From positions 4,025 through 68,024 of the forward strand of contig CAYZWF010000005.1 in NCBI GenBank assembly GCA_964482135.1: DNA of 64,000 nt. Reading direction: 5' to 3'. Of this stretch, positions 62,144 through 64,000 are shown piece by piece. A program made the position numbers and the translations under genes. Below the pieces are notes generated by a model. That model had not been told where the DNA came from, made no database searches, and saw only the letters and a list, made by a program, of their open reading frames with translations. Every line of letters begins with the position of its first letter. Position 1 is the first letter of the stretch. This stretch comes from an uncultured Rhodospirillaceae bacterium (lineage in GTDB: Bacteria > Pseudomonadota > Alphaproteobacteria > UBA11136).

Positions 62144-63712
62144 GTGTCCGTTTCCATGCAATTGCCACTGAAAGTCTACCACGGCAAAAAACAGCCACTC
62201 CAGACGCAGATATTCGATCAAATCCGCGGATTAATCCTGGAGGGCCGGCTGAAGCCGGGCACGCCGATTCCCGCCACCCGCGCCCTGGCCGAACAGCTGG
62301 GCGTTTCGCGCAACACGGTCACCCTTGCTTACGAACAACTGATCATCGAAGGCTATCTTCAGACCCGCAGGGCGGTCGGCACCTTCGTCAGTTTCGATTT
62401 ACCGGCGTCGTCCCTGTTATCGGACAGCGGTGAGGCCGTATCCCATGACAATTCCGAACGGCTGATCGACCGCCAACCCGTGCGCTTCCGGGGCACTCCC
62501 CATCCGGTCGTCAACCGCAACCGTCACAACCTCGCGGTCGATTTCTGGGTGGGACGGCCCGATGCCAGGTCTTTCCCTTCAAAGACTTGGCGGCGCCTGC
62601 TCAATCGGGAGCTTACCCACCCCAGCTCCAGCCTCACGGAATATGGGGAGCCGGGAGGGCTGCCCGCCCTGCGCCAGGCCATAGCCGATCATCTGGGGCC
62701 TGCCCGCGGCATTTCCACGACACCGGAACAGGTGATTATCGTCGCCGGTTGCCAGGAGGCGCTGAACGTCGCGGCGCGTCTTTTCGTCGGCCAGGATACT
62801 CCGGTGGTCGTCGAAAACCCCTGCTACCAAGGGGCCTCGAACCTCATGGAGAGTTACGGCGCCAGGCTGATCCCGGTTGCGGTCGACGGTGAGGGCCTGG
62901 ACGTCGCCCAGCTGCCCCAGAAACCGGTCAGCCTTGCCTATGTGACACCGTCACACCAATACCCCATGGGGGCGACACTTTCCCTGGAACGCCGGTTACG
63001 TTTGTTGGATTGGGCGTGGAAAACCGGCGCCTATATCATCGAGGATGACTATGACAGCGATTTCCGATACGACGGCTCGCCGTTAACCGCGCTGAAGGGC
63101 TTGGATAAGCGCGGCTGTGTCATTTACATGGGGACTTTTTCAAAGTCGGTTGGCGCCGGTATCCGGATCGGCTATCTGGTGGTTCCCCGCGAACTCGTCG
63201 AGCCGGCGACCACCGTCAAGGCCCTGCTGGATAACGGTCATCCCTGGCTCGACCAGGCGGTGCTCGCCGATTTCATTTCAAGCGGCACCTTCTCCAACCA
63301 TCTCCGGCGAATCCGGTACACCTATAAACTGCGCCGCGACTGTCTCATTGAGGCCTTGGGCAGGCACTTTGGAGACGTGGCGTTGTCCGGCGTTATGGGA
63401 GGCATGCATCTGGTTTGGCATCTGCCGCGGAGCTTCCCGAAGGCAAAAAAACTCCAGGAGATGGCGCTGGATCGCGGTATCGGCATCTATTCGCTGCAGG
63501 ACGGAGCCGCCAGCGTCTTCGGAAGCAATAACTTTGACGAGCGGGCAATCATGCTCGGCTATTCGTCGACCTCGGAAAAGCAAATCCGCGAAGGCATAGC
63601 CCGAATCGCCAAGGTCGTTCCCGTGAAGCGGAGGGCCCAGCCGTCCGGTGCCGACAATTTATTTTTCTCAAGCCGCAAAAAACCCGGACCGGCCCTCAAC
63701 GCCAGACAATAA
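62144..63712 (+). CDS. MocR/GabR-family PLP-dependent transcriptional regulator (start 62144 or 62156)
   Basis: GntR wHTH (LAEQLGVSRNTVTLAYEQL..EGY) plus aminotransferase-like domain (YVTPSHQYP.G, IIEDDYDSDF, YMGTFSKS). Confidence 0.93.
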   Translation: MSVSMQLPLKVYHGKKQPLQTQIFDQIRGLILEGRLKPGTPIPATRALAEQLGVSRNTVTLAYEQLIIEGYLQTRRAVGTFVSFDLPASSLLSDSGEAVSHDNSERLIDRQPVRFRGTPHPVVNRNRHNLAVDFWVGRPDARSFPSKTWRRLLNRELTHPSSSLTEYGEPGGLPALRQAIADHLGPARGISTTPEQVIIVAGCQEALNVAARLFVGQDTPVVVENPCYQGASNLMESYGARLIPVAVDGEGLDVAQLPQKPVSLAYVTPSHQYPMGATLSLERRLRLLDWAWKTGAYIIEDDYDSDFRYDGSPLTALKGLDKRGCVIYMGTFSKSVGAGIRIGYLVVPRELVEPATTVKALLDNGHPWLDQAVLADFISSGTFSNHLRRIRYTYKLRRDCLIEALGRHFGDVALSGVMGGMHLVWHLPRSFPKAKKLQEMALDRGIGIYSLQDGAASVFGSNNFDERAIMLGYSSTSEKQIREGIARIAKVVPVKRRAQPSGADNLFFSSRKKPGPALNARQ

Positions 63713-63771
63713 GAGACTATCATCAAGAACCGGTGGCGCCGAAAGGCGCCCGGCGCGCCCAGTCACTATGT

Positions 63772-64000
63772 TCAGTCACCCTCATGGAGGCGGTCGAATT
63801 CGCCTTTTTCGAATTCGATGAAGCTGTCGATCATACGCCGGAACACGGCCTCGGCGATGCCGGGCGCCAGCCCCGCCTGTTCGGCCTTCGCGCGCATGCG
63901 GGTGATGATGTCCTCGATGCGGGCGCGGTCCACCACGCCTTCGCGCGAGGGCTTGAAGCGCGCCGCCTCGCCCACATAGAAGCTACGTTCGGCCATAAGC
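63772..64000 (-). CDS. Chorismate mutase type II / isochorismate-pyruvate lyase-like protein (partial, runs off the window)
   Basis: AER..YV.EAARFK, V.D.ARIE.II...R..A...GL. Confidence 0.7.
   Translation of the reverse strand, partial: LMAERSFYVGEAARFKPSREGVVDRARIEDIITRMRAKAEQAGLAPGIAEAVFRRMIDSFIEFEKGEFDRLHEGD

Noticed and set aside
61830-62198. 123-aa N-terminal extension of HaoA predicted by the ORF track
   Set aside because: Strong GGAGG RBS and signal peptide begin at ATG 61829; the extension is intergenic regulatory DNA overlapping the MocR start

Overview
GC-rich alphaproteobacterial chromosome segment, probably Rhodospirillales-like (inferred from ccrM, feuPQ-like TCS, stand-alone F0 atp operon, coxBA-ctaB-ctaG-coxC-SURF1-thrC-M16-GNAT block and mutY-DciA-DsbA-smc block). 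Most of the window is housekeeping: rpoD end, tRNA-Ile2(CAT), tRNA-Gln(TTG), gmd/fcl, ispE, ETF-QO, UDG, SLT, moaB, rnhB, rnhA, thrB and tldD. The standout is the right end (about 54.3-63.7 kb). It holds a complete nitrifier-type haoA-haoB-cycA(c554)-cycB(cM552) hydroxylamine:quinone redox module whose octaheme HAO keeps the cross-linking Tyr and the DH active-site pair. The module is divergent from a PLP-dependent MocR regulator, with a perfect 10-bp inverted repeat between them, and is flanked by a P460-fold cytochrome (Met at the cross-link Lys position) and a Mo-bisPGD enzyme of unknown function. No amo genes are in the window. Other accessory signals: an orphan Nif11-type RiPP precursor, an E1/ThiF fragment and a truncated GFA gene just after tRNA-Ile2; a highly divergent orphan flagellin; a PodJ-N-like protein with 20-aa repeats; a 265-bp MITE splitting a small membrane-protein gene; a higBA cassette inserted into the 3' end of a GNAT gene with a 60-bp duplication; and a second TA pair whose toxin has TGA as codon 2. 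All calls are by eye, without database searches.
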